Origin: an uncultured Chloroflexia bacterium
Lineage (GTDB): Bacteria; Chloroflexota; Limnocylindria; Limnocylindrales; CSP1-4
Assembly (NCBI GenBank): GCA_963796715.1
Contig: CAWCMN010000009.1
Span: 198,546-262,545 of the forward strand
Direction: 5' to 3'
DNA length: 64,000 nucleotides
Position 1 is the first letter of the stretch. Each line of letters starts with the position of its first letter. The translations under genes were made by a program, and so were the position numbers. Under the pieces are notes generated by a model. The model did no database searches. It worked only from the letters and a program-made list of their open reading frames with translations, and was not told the origin of the DNA. Shown piece after piece: positions 33,126 through 45,674 of the stretch.

Positions 33126-33164
33126 GCCACACCTCCTCGCACGTCGGCGAGGCGGGGCCGACGG

Positions 33165-33683
33165 TCAGATGTCGAGGTCTTCGACGGGAACCTGTTGCGC
33201 CGAGCCGGCGACCATGTCGTAGAGCTGGGGCGGGATGCGCTCGCGAAGCTCCTCGAGCGTGGCCACGACCTCGAGCGTCGACTCGCCGGGCGAGTTCCCG
33301 TAGCTGATGTTGCCGATGCCAAGGTAGCCGCGCCAGCCGGCCGGTTTGCCCTGCTCGTCGACCATGGTGTAGTTCGGGCTGCGCTCGACGTGGAGCACGA
33401 ACTTGCCCGTCCGGCTGCGGTAGACCCTGAATGTCTCGGCGCGGCTGGGCGAGGTGTTGACCCACTCCCCGAGGAGCAGGCCGATGAAACGGACCTTTCG
33501 GCCCTTGCCGGGTCCGACCCGGACGATGATCTCGTCGAAGCCCTCGCGACGCCCCTCCTCCACGTCGACGTAGCGACGGAGGGCAGACGAGATGGCAGCC
33601 GAGAGGTTGTCTCCGGCAAGCTTCTGGGCGCGCTCGTAAAGGGGGAGGTCCCCATCGGAGACGTAGATGGTCTTGTTCGGCAC
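33165..33683 (-). CDS. EXLDI family protein
   Basis: 172 aa ending ...QVPVEDLDI (EXLDI C-terminus). It lies immediately upstream of the ABC ATPase/permease pair, the arrangement described for this actinobacterial family. Confidence 0.6.
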   Translation of the reverse strand: MPNKTIYVSDGDLPLYERAQKLAGDNLSAAISSALRRYVDVEEGRREGFDEIIVRVGPGKGRKVRFIGLLLGEWVNTSPSRAETFRVYRSRTGKFVLHVERSPNYTMVDEQGKPAGWRGYLGIGNISYGNSPGESTLEVVATLEELRERIPPQLYDMVAGSAQQVPVEDLDI

Positions 33684-33716
33684 GGCGACATCGTAACTCC
33701 TGTCCAGTGGGCTGGG

Positions 33717-33738
33717 TATACGTATGACTATACGTATA
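33717..33738. promoter_or_regulatory. AT-rich double palindrome TATACGTAT-gac-TATACGTATA in the divergent EXLDI/flavoprotein intergenic region
   Basis: Two copies of the self-complementary octamer ATACGTAT 4 nt apart. The local AT content is very unlike the 72% GC background. Confidence 0.45.
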
Positions 33739-35006
33739 GTGTCAAGAGGGTGGACGTCGGATACTTGGGCGCGTGGGCGAACTCGGAGCCATCGTCATCG
33801 GCGCGGGTCAGGCGGGCCTCGCCGCGTCCTATCACCTGGCCAAGGCTGGTGTGGACCACGTCGTCCTCGAACGCGGCCGGGTCGGCGAGACGTGGCGCTC
33901 GCAGCGCTGGGGCACGTTCGTGCTCAACACGCCGGACTGGCTCAGCCACGTGCTCACGACGGACCAGATGGGCGAAGGCCGCGATGACGGCTTCCCGACC
34001 GCCGAAGCGTTCACCGCCCGCCTGGAGTCCTTCGCGACACGCCACGCGATCCCGGTGCGCACCGGCGTCACGGTCACGCGTGTCGAGCCCCTCCGCCCGC
34101 CGGGCGGTGGCTTCCGGGTCTCCATGCAGACCGCCGACGGGCCGGACGAGTCGATCGCCCGGGCGGTGGTCGTCGCCGGGGGCATCCAGAACGTGCCTCG
34201 CGTGCCCTCGATCGCGGCGGCCTTCCCGCCCGGGCTGGTCCAGCTCACGACCGCCGACTACCGGTGGCCGTCCGACCTTCCCGCAGGGGCCGTGCTGGTC
34301 GTGGGTGGCGCGCAATCCGGCGTCCAGATCGCCGAGGACCTGCTGGCCGCCGGCCGCGCCGTGTACCTCTGCACGAGCCGGGTGGGCCGGCTGCGGCGGC
34401 GCTATCGAGGCCGGGACATGATCGCCCGGCTCTTCGACGCCGGGTTCTATGACGTCACGCCGGCGCGATTGCCGGACCCGGCGATGCGCTCGTGGCCCGT
34501 GCCGCAGACGTCCGGCGTCGGGCCCCTCGGCCACACCGTCAGCTTGCAGCGGTTGGCCGACCAGGGCGTGACCCTGCTGGGTCGGCCCATCGGGATCAGC
34601 GGCGATCGGATCGAGCTGGATGACACCGTCGGGGCCAACATCGCGTTCGGTGACGGCGTCTCACGCGACCTCAAGGCGCTGGTCGATGATCACCTGCGCC
34701 GCGCCGGAGCGACCCTGCCGCCGGTCGAGCCGGATCCCGCCGACGAGCCGCATCCCGAACCGGCCCGGATCCGCGCGCCGGACCACCTGGACCTCGACCG
34801 GGCCGGCATCACCTCGGTCGTATGGGCGTGCGGCTTCGGCGGCGCGTTCGGCTACCTGCCCGAGGAGGCGGTGGATGCGTCCGGCATCCCGCTCCACGTC
34901 GACGGGATGGCTCCGCTGGCGGGCCTGGGCTACGTGGGGTTCCCGTGGCTCAGCAAGCGCAAGTCCGGCATCATCCCGGGCGTCGACGAGGACGCGGCGA
35001 GGGTCG

Positions 35007-35728
<722 letters not shown>

Positions 35729-35732
<4 letters not shown>

Positions 35733-36667
35733 GAGTCGTCATCCCGGCGTGGCGTCTCCGCCGGCTGGCTGCCGCCATCGGGCCACACGCCGATGTGGTC
35801 GCGCTCCAGGAGCAGGCGGACGCGGTGGCGCAGCGCCAGCGCCTCCACGTGGGCCCGCGGCAGCTGGAGGCGGCCGGCCCGATCCAGCAGGGCGAACTCC
35901 TCCGCGATCACCCGGTGATCGCCCGTGTCGCCCTGTTCGGTCCGCCGCACCGTCTCGCTGCTGGTGCGTCCATCGCGGATGGCCACCGTCCGTTCCACGT
36001 GCTCGGCCACGAGCGGGTCGTGGGTCACGATGACGATGGTCGTGCCGAGGTCCGCGTTGACGCGCCGGAGGAGGGCGAAGACCTCGGCGGACGTCGTGCT
36101 GTCGAGCTCGCCGGTCGGCTCGTCGGCCAGGATGACGGCCGGCTCGTTGGCCAGCGCCACGGCGATCGCGACCCGTTGCTGCTCGCCGCCGGAGAGGCGA
36201 TCGGGCCGATGGTCGAGCCGCTCACCCAGGCCGACGAGGCCCAGCAGCTGCCGGGCCCGGGCGTGACGGTCGGCCCGGCCGGACAACGTCATGGGCAGCT
36301 CCACGTTCTCGAAGGCGCTCAGGTAGGGCAGCAGGTTGCGGGCGGTCTGCTGCCAGATGAAGCCGACGACCTCGCGGCGGTAGCGCGTCCGTTCGCCTCG
36401 GCCCATCTGCGTCAGGTCGTGGCCGGCCACCACCGCCCGCCCGGCCGAGGGGACGTCGAGGCCACCCAGGATCCCCAGGAGCGTGGACTTGCCGCTGCCC
36501 GAGGCGCCCACGATGGCGATCACCTCGCGCGGCTGGACGAGGAGGTCCAGCCCCTGCAGCGCGACCACCTCCAGGTCGGCGACCTTGAAGATGCGGACGA
36601 GGTTGTCGCAGACGATCTGCGCCCCGTCGCCGTAGCGTGGTCGTGCGACGGCCGCCGGCGCGCTCAC
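35729..36667 (-). CDS. ABC transporter ATP-binding protein (MacB/LolD-type) with ~80-aa C-terminal extension
   Basis: [35 protein letters not shown]. Its stop overlaps the next ATPase start. Confidence 0.85.
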
Positions 36668-39421
36668 TCGGCCGACCCCCGCACCGCGGCGACCGGGGTC
36701 GCGTGGCGCTGGGCGGCCGTGCCCGCGGCGATCCCGGCGGCCACGATGGCCACGCTTCCGAGCAGGAGCAACACCAGATGGGCCGGCTCCACCTGCAGCG
36801 GCACCGCGATGTCCGACCCGACCACGGTATCCAGGCCCAGGCCCGGTCGCAGGACGAGGAAGAGGCCCAGGCCAAGGGCGATCCCTGCCACGAAGGCGAC
36901 GACGACCGTGGGCCCGTGCTCGACCACGACCAGCCCCACGACCTGCCGGCGGGTCAGGCCGAGCAGGCGCAGATACGCCACCTCGGAGGCACGGGCCGCC
37001 CCAGCCAGGATGAGCGCGATGATCACCGCCAGCGCAGCATAGGCGCCCGCCACCAGGGCGGCGCCGGTCACGCCGCCGGCGATGCCGCCGACCATCGGCT
37101 GGTCGCGCAGCGCCTCGGTCTCCTCAGCACGGGCGGCCACGGCGACGCCCGGCGCATGCTGCGCGAGCGAGGCGCGGATGGGCGACGCCGCGTCATCCGG
37201 GGCCGCCAGGTACCAGACGCGCGTGGCGAGCGTGACGCCCCCCAGCCTGGCCTCCAGGCTGGCGCGGTCCACGACCATGAAGTCGGCCGTCGCAGGGACC
37301 GACGGGAAGGTGTCCCTCGCTGCCACGACGTGCACGTCCACGGGTCGCCCGGCGATGGACAGCTGCCGGTCATCACCAACGCCGATGCCGGCCGCCCCGC
37401 CGCCGAGGCTGGTCGAGACGATCACCGGGAGGGCTCCCGAGACACCCACCCGCATGCCGGACGGGCAGGTGGGGATCGGCGGGTGTGCCGGCGAGCAGTG
37501 CCTCATACGCCGTCGCGCCGAGCGCGAGGAGCTGCACCGGCGCACCGCGGTCCACGACCGTTGCCGGCCCCAGGTACGCGGACGTGGCGGAGGTGACGCC
37601 CGGGAGGTCCAGGGGCGCGAACCCGGGCGGGAACGGGCCGGACTTGCTCGTCAGGGCGAACGGCGCCCCGACCTCCTGCCAGGCGATGGCATCGGCCGCG
37701 CCATCGAGGTGGACCAGGACGGCCGAGGCGAAGGTGCCGAGTGCAGCGGCGGCGAGCAGGACGAGGAGGACGGAGCCGCCGCTGCCGCCGCTCGTCGCGC
37801 GCCGCATCGCCAGGACCGGCACCAGGTCGCGCCGCGCCCCGGCGAGGCGCCCGGCCGCAGCCATCACCAGGGGATAGGCACGCCGGAGGATCAGCCCTGC
37901 CGCGAGACCGACGAGCGCGGGCACCGCGGCGATGAAGGGGTCGACCGTGGACAGGCTCCCCGTGCTGCTGGCCCCCCGGACCCCGCGCTGCAGGAGCAGC
38001 CAGGCGCCGCCCAGGGCGAGCACCACGGTCAGGCTCTCCAGGACGCGTCGTCGCGTGCCGGCCCCGCGGGCGGGACCGGCAGGCCGTGTGCTCGGTCCGC
38101 GGTCGCCAACTCCGGGCAACGTCGTGGCTACGACCAGCACCACGCTGACGACCGCGACCGCGGCGGCGGCGATGACGGTGGCCTGGGTCGGTCCGTCGGG
38201 CACGAGGAGTGCCGCCGCGACCGCCGCGCATGCCGCGGGCGGAACGGCCACGAGCGTGCCCTCGGCGAGGAGCGAGAGCCACACCTGGGCCCGCGACGCG
38301 CCACGGGCCCGGGCCAGGAAGAGCGACGACCGCCGGCGTTGTCCGGTGAGCACCGCCATCAGCGCCAGGGCGGCCGCGGCCACCATCGCCGGCCCGATCG
38401 CCACCACGGCCAGCACGACCTGGGCCGCCTGCCAGCTGGCCTGCTCCGCCTCGAGCAGCTGGCCAAGGGCCCCCTGCAACACGGGGTCGGGGCCGGCCGG
38501 GCCGGCGGGCGACGGGAAGATTCCCTGCAGCCGCCGCAGCTGCATGATGACACCGGGCGCGCCGGCCTGGTCGAGCCGCGTCACGTCCACGGAGTAGCGC
38601 CAGTGATAGCGCAGCGGTTCCTGCTCGGTGTCCGAGGCTGCCAGCAGGGCCGGGTACACCGACGGCGCGAGCAGGGCGGTCACGTCCTGGACCTGGGCGA
38701 GGGCGGAGAGCGACCGGATGACCGGCTGGTCAAGGCTCGTGTCGTCGAACCAGAAGGCGTCCGTTGGTTCGGCCACCGAGAAGATGCCGGTCACCTCCAC
38801 GGCCAGCCCCAGCTGGGCGCCGCGATTGGCCAGGTCGGTCGGATCAAGGGAGATGAGCAGCGTCTGCCCCACCTGGGCCTGCAGGGCGGCCGCGGAGGCG
38901 GTGGAGAGGGCCACCGGGACGACCGTGACGGGGCCCGGCGGAAAGGTCGGGTCGGTGACCGAGCCGGCCGGCAGCGTCGTGGTAGTCCCGGTCGGGAAGG
39001 CCCCGTCCACGAAGTGGATGTGCCCCGCCGCCGGCGGCTGGATGCGCAGCCGCAGCGTCCGGTCCTCCAGCGTCGGCGCCTCCAGTCGGAAGCGCGTGGT
39101 GTCGACCACGACGTCGGTGCCGCTCACCAGTCGGGCCACCTCCGGTGGGAACTGCGCCTCGAACCCGGCACCCCTCGTGCTCACCTTCGCCAGCAGGTCG
39201 GGTGACCCAGCCTCGATGCGAGCCAGCTGCACGAGCTCCAGGCTGCGGGCGTCCACGGGCGCGGCCTGGAGTTCATCGCGCAGGATGGCGTCGCCGGTGC
39301 TCTGCAAGGCCCTTGGAGCAACCGCGAAGACCAGCGCGGTCACCCCGACCAGGAGGGCCAGGGCGGCCGTCTGGACGGGGGCGAGACGGAGCCGGCGGAG
39401 CGACATGCGCAGCCAGCCCAT
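36664..39421 (-). CDS. large FtsX-domain ABC permease (two FtsX modules), one internal frameshift near 37450
   Basis: The 682-aa ORF (39421-37373) and the 293-aa ORF (37545-36664) overlap in different frames. Both halves read as one FtsX-type permease with large extracytoplasmic loops. Confidence 0.6.
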
Positions 39422-42400
39422 CAGGTCTCACCGTTGCGGAGCAGGCCGCTGATCTGGATGCGGGCGAGCTGCCCGCGAACGAGCACGGCCGTCACGAGCA
39501 GCGCCACGAGCCCCACGCCGTAGATCGGCACGAGCGCCGACCAGGGCAGGAGCGCGGTCGGGGTGGGTACTGGCGCGCTGCCATCCGGCGTGAAGGAGAC
39601 GAACGGCAGGGTCAGCCAGGCGAGCAGCCAGCCGACCGCGGTCCCCAGGAGCAGGCCGGCGGCCAGTAGCGCCCCGTTCTCCACGAACAGCCAACGAGCC
39701 ATGGCGCGGCGTGAGACACCCATGGCCTGCAGCAGGGCGAGCTCGGGCCGCCGTTCCTCTACGGCGATGGTCGCGGTGACCACGAAGCCGATCGCGGCCA
39801 TCGCCAGGGCGATGACGCTGCCAAGCAGCAGGGCCCCGATGGCGCCGAGCGAGATCGGGTCGCCGGTCAGGGCCGCCGTGAGGCTCGCCCGGCCGGTGAC
39901 GCTGGTGGTGGAGTAGGGCGGGCCGGCCAGCGTGGTCTCGACGGCCGTCGCCGCGGCCGGATCCACGGCCAGCCACCACTCACCGGCTGCGCCCACGCTG
40001 TCCAGGTCCGAGAAGGCGGCGCCCTGGAGCGTGGCGCCGTCGACATACGCGGCCGCCACCCCAGGGTCCACGGGCGGCAGGGCGGCCGCTCGACCGATCA
40101 CCTTCAGGTGGAGCGAGTAGCCCTGCGACGTGGCCAGCACCGTATCGCCGATCTCCGCCCCCGTCTCGGCCAGGAAGGCGTCGTCGACCAGCGCTGGCAA
40201 GGCCGCCGGGGTCGGCACGGGCGCCCAGAGCCGCAGCACGGCCGACCCCAGGCGTGGGTCCAGCTGCAGGGCCCGCAGCGATGCCCCCGGGCTCCCGAAC
40301 GCGAGCTGCCCGGGGCCACCCGAAGATGCGGCGAGGTCGCTGATCGTGCCGGAGCGGATGAGCTGCCAGCCCCACCCGCCGGCCTGGTCGTCGAAGGGCA
40401 ACGCCTGCCACGACGACCCCGTCCCGGCCGGGCTCACCTCCAGGGCCTTGACGGCGATCGAGCCGACCAGCGGGTCCCCATCCGTGGTGGAAACGGTCAG
40501 CTCGACCGCCTCCAGGCGACTGCCAGCCGCCAGGCGTGCCTCCACGCCGTCGACCGTCACGGCCAGCGGGATCTCCAGCCGCTGGCTTGCCGCCCGGAAG
40601 CCGACCGACGGCCCCGAGATGCGCGCCAGGCCATCGGGACCCGCGACCACCACGGCCAGGTCGACGTTCCCCTCCACCGGCGGGGTGCCGCCGGCCTGGG
40701 TCGCGTCCCCGGCCTGGAGGTCCACCGCGAGCGTGACGCCCAGGCGCCGCGTGCCGTCGGGCAGCGGGAGTCCCGTCGGGGCCGGGCGCTGGGCGGTCAG
40801 GCCGGCCAGCAGGTCGGTCGGCGGGGTGGCAGCGGTCGGATCCGGCGGGAACGTCACGAGGCGGGCGGCCGCCGCCGGGTCGATCCCCAGGAGCGTCCCG
40901 GCGCGCACGGCGCTCCCCACCTCGAGCTCCTGGTCCAGGGCGGCCATCGCCGTCTGCACGCCGGGCACCGCACGGTACGCGGAGCCGATGCCCCAGGCCG
41001 GCAGGTCGGGGTGGCTGTCGAGGACGATCCGCTCGTCGGCCACGGCTCGATAGGCGGCCTGGTCGGCCTGCGAGCGCGTCCATGTCGCGTCGTAGGCGGC
41101 CGCGAACGTGCCGAGCGCAACGGCCAGCAGGAGGAGCAGGGCCGCCCGCGTGAAGCGGAGGGGACGACGCGCCAGCTGGCGCGTCCCGTACCCTGCGACG
41201 AGGCTTGGCCCGCGCGCGAAGGCCCGCTCGGCCAGCTCGGCCAGACGCGGCAGCAGGCGGATCGCGATGAGCGCCCCGGCGACCAGCCCGATGGCCGGCG
41301 CCGCGATCAGGAGGGGGTCAAGCCCGAGCGCGCCGTGCACCGTGCGCGTCAGCGGCGCCCCGTACACCCGCAGTTGCCAGAGACCCAGCACGGCCAGCAC
41401 CACGAGCGCGATGTCCAGGCCCGCCCGCTGCGCCAGCATCGTGGGCGCCTGGCGGCCAAGGGCCGCCCGCAGGCCCGCCACGTCGAAGCCCTCGCCGAGC
41501 GTCGGCAGGACGAGGGCGGCGGCGCACGCCGCGGCGGCCGCTCCGGCGGCGATCACCCCGCCGGCCGTGATGCTGGCCGCGTCCACCACGCCGGTCGCCT
41601 CTAGGGGCCCCACCGCGCCGAGGAGGTGCACGAGCCCGATGCCCAGGATGGGGGCCACGATCGCGGCCGGCACGGCGATGAGGACCGCCTCGGCCAGGGT
41701 GAGCACCGCGAGGTCGCGCTGTGATGCGCCGCGGGAGCGCAGGAGGGCCGCCTCCGGCCGTCGGCGCTCCAGGAGGACCCCGCCGACGAGCAGCACGGCG
41801 TAGCCGGCCACCACGGCGAACTCGAGGGCGAGGACCAGGATCGCGCTGCGCGCCACGAGGATCGTCGGGGCGACATCGGCCAGGGTCACGCTCAGCTGGC
41901 TGCTCGTGGTGAAGCCCGCCTGCGGCCCCAGGTCGGCCGCGATGGCGCCGGCCAGGCCCGTCAGGTGGGCCTGGAGCGCGTCGAGGTCGTCAGGCTTGAG
42001 CACGCTGACGTCGAGGACGCCCGCCCATCGCAGGTCCAGCTTGTGCGTCACAGGCAGACCGACCAGGTCGGCCTGCTCCACGGCGAAGGGACCGCGGGTG
42101 GTCGACGCGCCGCTCGCCTCGACGCCGGTGAGGTCGAGGGCATCGCCGCGCCAATAGGGATCGGCCGGCTCCGGCCGCCAGATGCCGGTCACCACGAGCC
42201 GCACGGTCAGGCCGTTCTCCAGGCGGTCGGTCAGCGAGACGGCCGACCCGACGGACAGGCCCAGGGCCGTGGCCGCGCCGGCCGACAGCGTCGCCTCGAA
42301 CGGCTGGCGACCAGCCACGGGCCACCGGCCGTCGACCAGCTGGGCGTGGCGAGCGAGATCCTGGAAGCTGGCCAGGCTCGCCAGGTGGCTCGTGTCCGTG

Positions 42401-42789
42401 GGATCGGCACCAGCAGGGGCGAACCCGTCGGCTCGGACCTTCAGGGCGACCTCGCCGCCCACCGGCGTGAGTGCGTCGGTGACCAACGGCTGGACGAGCC
42501 CGTCGAAGCGGACCACGTCGGAGGGTGCGGCCGCGGCGTCGACCTCGAGCGATGCGTCGACCGGCGCAGCCGTCGTCAAGGCGTGGCGCAGGCCGCTCAG
42601 GGCGACGGCGTCGCCGTAGAGGAGCGCGGCCGAGATGAGCGTCGTGGCGCAGACCAGGAGCAGCCACGCCGCGAGCAGCACGGGCCAGTCCGCCCGGGCG
42701 CGCCGGAGGACCGTCCGCCACAGGGAGACCGACCGGAGCACACCAGACCTCCTCGGGCCCGGATCTCCCGATCGCCCACGGGCGACCAT
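39421..42789 (-). CDS. large FtsX-domain ABC permease (1122 aa, two FtsX modules)
   Basis: N-terminal TM, ~300-aa extracytoplasmic domains, 2x4 TM FtsX-like blocks. Intact ORF. Confidence 0.75.
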   Translation of the reverse strand: MVARGRSGDPGPRRSGVLRSVSLWRTVLRRARADWPVLLAAWLLLVCATTLISAALLYGDAVALSGLRHALTTAAPVDASLEVDAAAAPSDVVRFDGLVQPLVTDALTPVGGEVALKVRADGFAPAGADPTDTSHLASLASFQDLARHAQLVDGRWPVAGRQPFEATLSAGAATALGLSVGSAVSLTDRLENGLTVRLVVTGIWRPEPADPYWRGDALDLTGVEASGASTTRGPFAVEQADLVGLPVTHKLDLRWAGVLDVSVLKPDDLDALQAHLTGLAGAIAADLGPQAGFTTSSQLSVTLADVAPTILVARSAILVLALEFAVVAGYAVLLVGGVLLERRRPEAALLRSRGASQRDLAVLTLAEAVLIAVPAAIVAPILGIGLVHLLGAVGPLEATGVVDAASITAGGVIAAGAAAAACAAALVLPTLGEGFDVAGLRAALGRQAPTMLAQRAGLDIALVVLAVLGLWQLRVYGAPLTRTVHGALGLDPLLIAAPAIGLVAGALIAIRLLPRLAELAERAFARGPSLVAGYGTRQLARRPLRFTRAALLLLLAVALGTFAAAYDATWTRSQADQAAYRAVADERIVLDSHPDLPAWGIGSAYRAVPGVQTAMAALDQELEVGSAVRAGTLLGIDPAAAARLVTFPPDPTAATPPTDLLAGLTAQRPAPTGLPLPDGTRRLGVTLAVDLQAGDATQAGGTPPVEGNVDLAVVVAGPDGLARISGPSVGFRAASQRLEIPLAVTVDGVEARLAAGSRLEAVELTVSTTDGDPLVGSIAVKALEVSPAGTGSSWQALPFDDQAGGWGWQLIRSGTISDLAASSGGPGQLAFGSPGASLRALQLDPRLGSAVLRLWAPVPTPAALPALVDDAFLAETGAEIGDTVLATSQGYSLHLKVIGRAAALPPVDPGVAAAYVDGATLQGAAFSDLDSVGAAGEWWLAVDPAAATAVETTLAGPPYSTTSVTGRASLTAALTGDPISLGAIGALLLGSVIALAMAAIGFVVTATIAVEERRPELALLQAMGVSRRAMARWLFVENGALLAAGLLLGTAVGWLLAWLTLPFVSFTPDGSAPVPTPTALLPWSALVPIYGVGLVALLVTAVLVRGQLARIQISGLLRNGET

Positions 42790-42864
42790 CCGGGGAAGGC
42801 GACAGCGTACCAGCGTTCCCGGCGCGGCTGGAAGCCCGTACCATCCGCACGAGTGGAGGCGACC

Positions 42865-43780
42865 GTGCGTTCGTTCGAGATCGGTGTCGTGCTGACGTCG
42901 TGGCGCTCGAGCCAGGACGCGGCGACGGTCCCGTGGGGCGAGATCCGCGACCTCGCGCTCCGGGCGGAGGAGATGGGCTTCGACACGGTCTGGAGCCCGG
43001 ACGAACTGATGGGCCGGCTGGTCAAGGACGGGCCGCGGTATGGCTTCTGGGATGGTTTCGCCATCCCCGCCGCGATGGCCGCGGTGACCTCCCGCATCAA
43101 GGTCGGGACATGGGTCGCGTCCTCACTTCATCGCAACCCCGGCATCATCGCCAAGGCAGCCGCGACGATCGACGAGGTCAGCGGCGGCCGGTTCGTGCTG
43201 GGACTCGGCGCCGGCCACGCGGGGAGCGGGGCGCACGCGTTCGGCCTGCCGGAGGACCACATCTACGAGCGCTTCGAGGAGGCGCTCGAGATCATCGTCC
43301 CACTGCTGACGGACCGGCCGCGCCGACTACCAGGGCGCGTACCACGTGGCGCGCGACCTGGAGCAGCTGCCGCCCGGCCCGCGCCCGGGTCGCATCCCGA
43401 TCCTGCTGGCCGGCCACGGCCACAAGGGCTACCGCCATGCGGCGCGGCTGGCGGACATCTGGAGCTGCTATGCCACGGAGCGCAGCCACATCGACGAGCT
43501 TGGCCCGCGCGTCACCGCGTTCCTGGCCGCATGCGCGGAGGTGGGGCGCGACCCGGCCTCGGTAGGCCGCTCGGCGGGGGTTCTCGTCGCGCCGCTGGCC
43601 GCGGCGGAGCACGTCAGCCTGTTCGGCAGCGCCATCACGGGCTCGGCGGAGGAGATCGCCGCGACGTTCCGGACGTTCCGCGACGCCGGCTTCACCCAGC
43701 TGGAGTTCATGTTCGAGCCGCAGACCATGGCCGCCCTCGAGGTCATGGGGCGGGTCCTGGAGATCCTGCGGGTCGACTGA
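42865..43780 (+). CDS. LLM-class (luciferase-like) F420/flavin-dependent oxidoreductase, one frameshift near 43325
   Basis: GFDTVWSPDE...GTWVASSLHRNPGIIAKAAATIDEVSGGRFVLGLGAG reads in one frame. DYQGAYHVARDLEQLPP...ILLAGHGHKGYRHAARLADIW continues in another. Confidence 0.65.
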
Positions 43781-43783
43781 GCG

Positions 43784-44422
43784 ATGGCGGAGGAGCTGCT
43801 GGCGGGCCACGGACGCTTCCGAGCCGCGTATGCGGCCGATGAGCGTGGATTCCTGCGGCGGCTGGCCAGCGAAGGGCAGCGGCCGGGCGCCATGTTCATC
43901 GGCTGCTCCGACTCGCGGGTCATCCCGGAACTGCTGACCGGCGCCCGTCCGGGCGACGTCTTCGTGGTGCGCAACATCGCCAACCGGGTCCCGCCGTGGA
44001 GCGAGCGCGACGACGGGGTCGCGGCCGCGGTCGAGTTCGCCATCGAACAGCTGGGCACGCCCGACGTCATCGTCTGCGGGCACGATGGCTGCGGCGGCGT
44101 GTCGGCCGCGCTGGACTCCCGGCCGACGGGACGCGCCAGATCCCGGCTCGATCGCTGGATCCGGGGGATCGCGCCTGCGGTGGATCGGGCGAGGGAGGCG
44201 GGGGGTACCCGGGAGCAGTTGCTCCGGCGGGCGGTCGAGGAGAATGTGCTCGAGGGTCTTGCCGACCTGGCCGCCTATCCGGCCGTGGCACGAGCGCGAT
44301 CGACCGGACGTGTCCGACTCCATGGCTGGGTATACGACCTCGCCGAGGCGCTCGTCCGCGTCTACGACCCCGCCCGCGACCGCTTCGTCCTCCCCGGCGA
44401 GCTCGGCATCGCCGGGGCTTAA
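43784..44422 (+). CDS. beta-class carbonic anhydrase
   Basis: CSDSRV and HDGCGG zinc ligands. 212 aa. Confidence 0.85.
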   Translation: MAEELLAGHGRFRAAYAADERGFLRRLASEGQRPGAMFIGCSDSRVIPELLTGARPGDVFVVRNIANRVPPWSERDDGVAAAVEFAIEQLGTPDVIVCGHDGCGGVSAALDSRPTGRARSRLDRWIRGIAPAVDRAREAGGTREQLLRRAVEENVLEGLADLAAYPAVARARSTGRVRLHGWVYDLAEALVRVYDPARDRFVLPGELGIAGA

Positions 44423-44431
44423 GATGCGGGC

Positions 44432-45052
44432 ATGACTCGAGCCACGGGACTGGCTCTCGGCCGCGCGATCTTCGGGCTGCTCGGGCTGGTCGCCATGGGC
44501 TACCAGTTCGCCGACCTGGCCGGCAAGGGCACGCTCGATGTCGTCAACTACTTCAGCTACTTCACGATCGACAGCAACCTGCTGGCGGCGGCCGTCCTCC
44601 TGATCGGCGCTGTCGGGGGACGCTCGACGCGCGCCCCGAGCTGGGATCTGGTGCGGGGGGCCGCGGTCGTCTACATGAGCGTCACCGGCATCGTGTTCAC
44701 GCTGCTCCTGGCGAACACCGACGTCGATACGGCCGTGCCATGGGTGAACACGGTGGTCCATGAGCTGATGCCGCTGGTGATCGTGGCGGACTGGCTGCTC
44801 GACCCGCCGGCCACGCGTCTGACCCTGCGACAGGGGCTGCTGTGGTTGAGTTTCCCGATCGTGTGGCTGGTCTACACGATGATCCGCGGTGCGCTGGTGG
44901 GCCGCTACCCGTATCCCTTCCTCGATCCCGCCAACGGCGGCTACGGGACCGTGGTGGTCTACTGCGCCGGCGTGCTCGTGGTGATGGCGGTCGTCTCGGC
45001 CGTGGCGGTCGCGCTCGGCCGGGCAGCCCATTCCTCGGCGAGGATCGCGTAG
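44432..45052 (+). CDS. Pr6Pr family membrane protein
   Basis: 206 aa with 6 TM and the YFTIDSNLL motif. Confidence 0.55.
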   Translation: MTRATGLALGRAIFGLLGLVAMGYQFADLAGKGTLDVVNYFSYFTIDSNLLAAAVLLIGAVGGRSTRAPSWDLVRGAAVVYMSVTGIVFTLLLANTDVDTAVPWVNTVVHELMPLVIVADWLLDPPATRLTLRQGLLWLSFPIVWLVYTMIRGALVGRYPYPFLDPANGGYGTVVVYCAGVLVVMAVVSAVAVALGRAAHSSARIA

Positions 45053-45582
45053 ACGAGCTCCCCGGCCCATTCGCCCTTGATGAACTCGTTCTCGACGAAG
45101 TACGCCTCGCGCCGCATGCCAAGACGCTCCATCACCCGGGTGGACGCCGCGTTGCGCGCGTCGCAGCGGCCGATGATGCGGTGCAGCCCCAGCCCGCCGA
45201 AGCCCACCTCCAGCATCGCCGCGCTCATCTCGGTCGCATAGCCGTGGCCGTGGTGGTCCGGGTGGAGCACGTAGCCGACCTCGCCCTGGGCGTGCTCTTC
45301 GCTCAGCCAACTCAGCATGACGTCGCCGATGAGGGCCCCTGACGCACGGATCGTGGCGGCCAGGACCAGGGCGTCACCGCCGCGCTCGAAGCCGGTGAGC
45401 CCCTTGCGGCGCTCGATCATGCGGCGCACGTCGGCCCGCGTTCGGGGGCCCCAGTACAGGTAGCGCGTCACGTCGGGACGGCGCTGGATGGCGTACAGCG
45501 CCTCGGCGTCGCCGTCCTCGAACGGCCGCAGCGTGAGGCGGTCGGTCTCGAGGGGCAGGCTCGGTCGGAACATGGCGGGCAT
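44959..45582 (-). CDS. GNAT family N-acetyltransferase (RimJ/RimL-like)
   Basis: TDRLTLRPFEDGDAEAL...HHGHGYATE acetyl-CoA fold. Its 3' end overlaps the converging gene by ~90 nt. Confidence 0.8.
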   Translation of the reverse strand: MPAMFRPSLPLETDRLTLRPFEDGDAEALYAIQRRPDVTRYLYWGPRTRADVRRMIERRKGLTGFERGGDALVLAATIRASGALIGDVMLSWLSEEHAQGEVGYVLHPDHHGHGYATEMSAAMLEVGFGGLGLHRIIGRCDARNAASTRVMERLGMRREAYFVENEFIKGEWAGELVYAILAEEWAARPSATATAETTAITTSTPAQ

Positions 45583-45674
45583 CGTAACGGTCGGCCGGGT
45601 CTCCGGGTGGAACCGCCGCGTCGGTCGCGGCGTCTACGGGCCAGCAACCACCGTCACGCTCGGAGGTCTCCTCG

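Noticed and set aside
41965-42864. N-terminal 300 codons of the 625-aa + ORF
   Set aside because: They are antisense to the 1122-aa FtsX permease. The real gene begins at GTG 42865 (LLM oxidoreductase).
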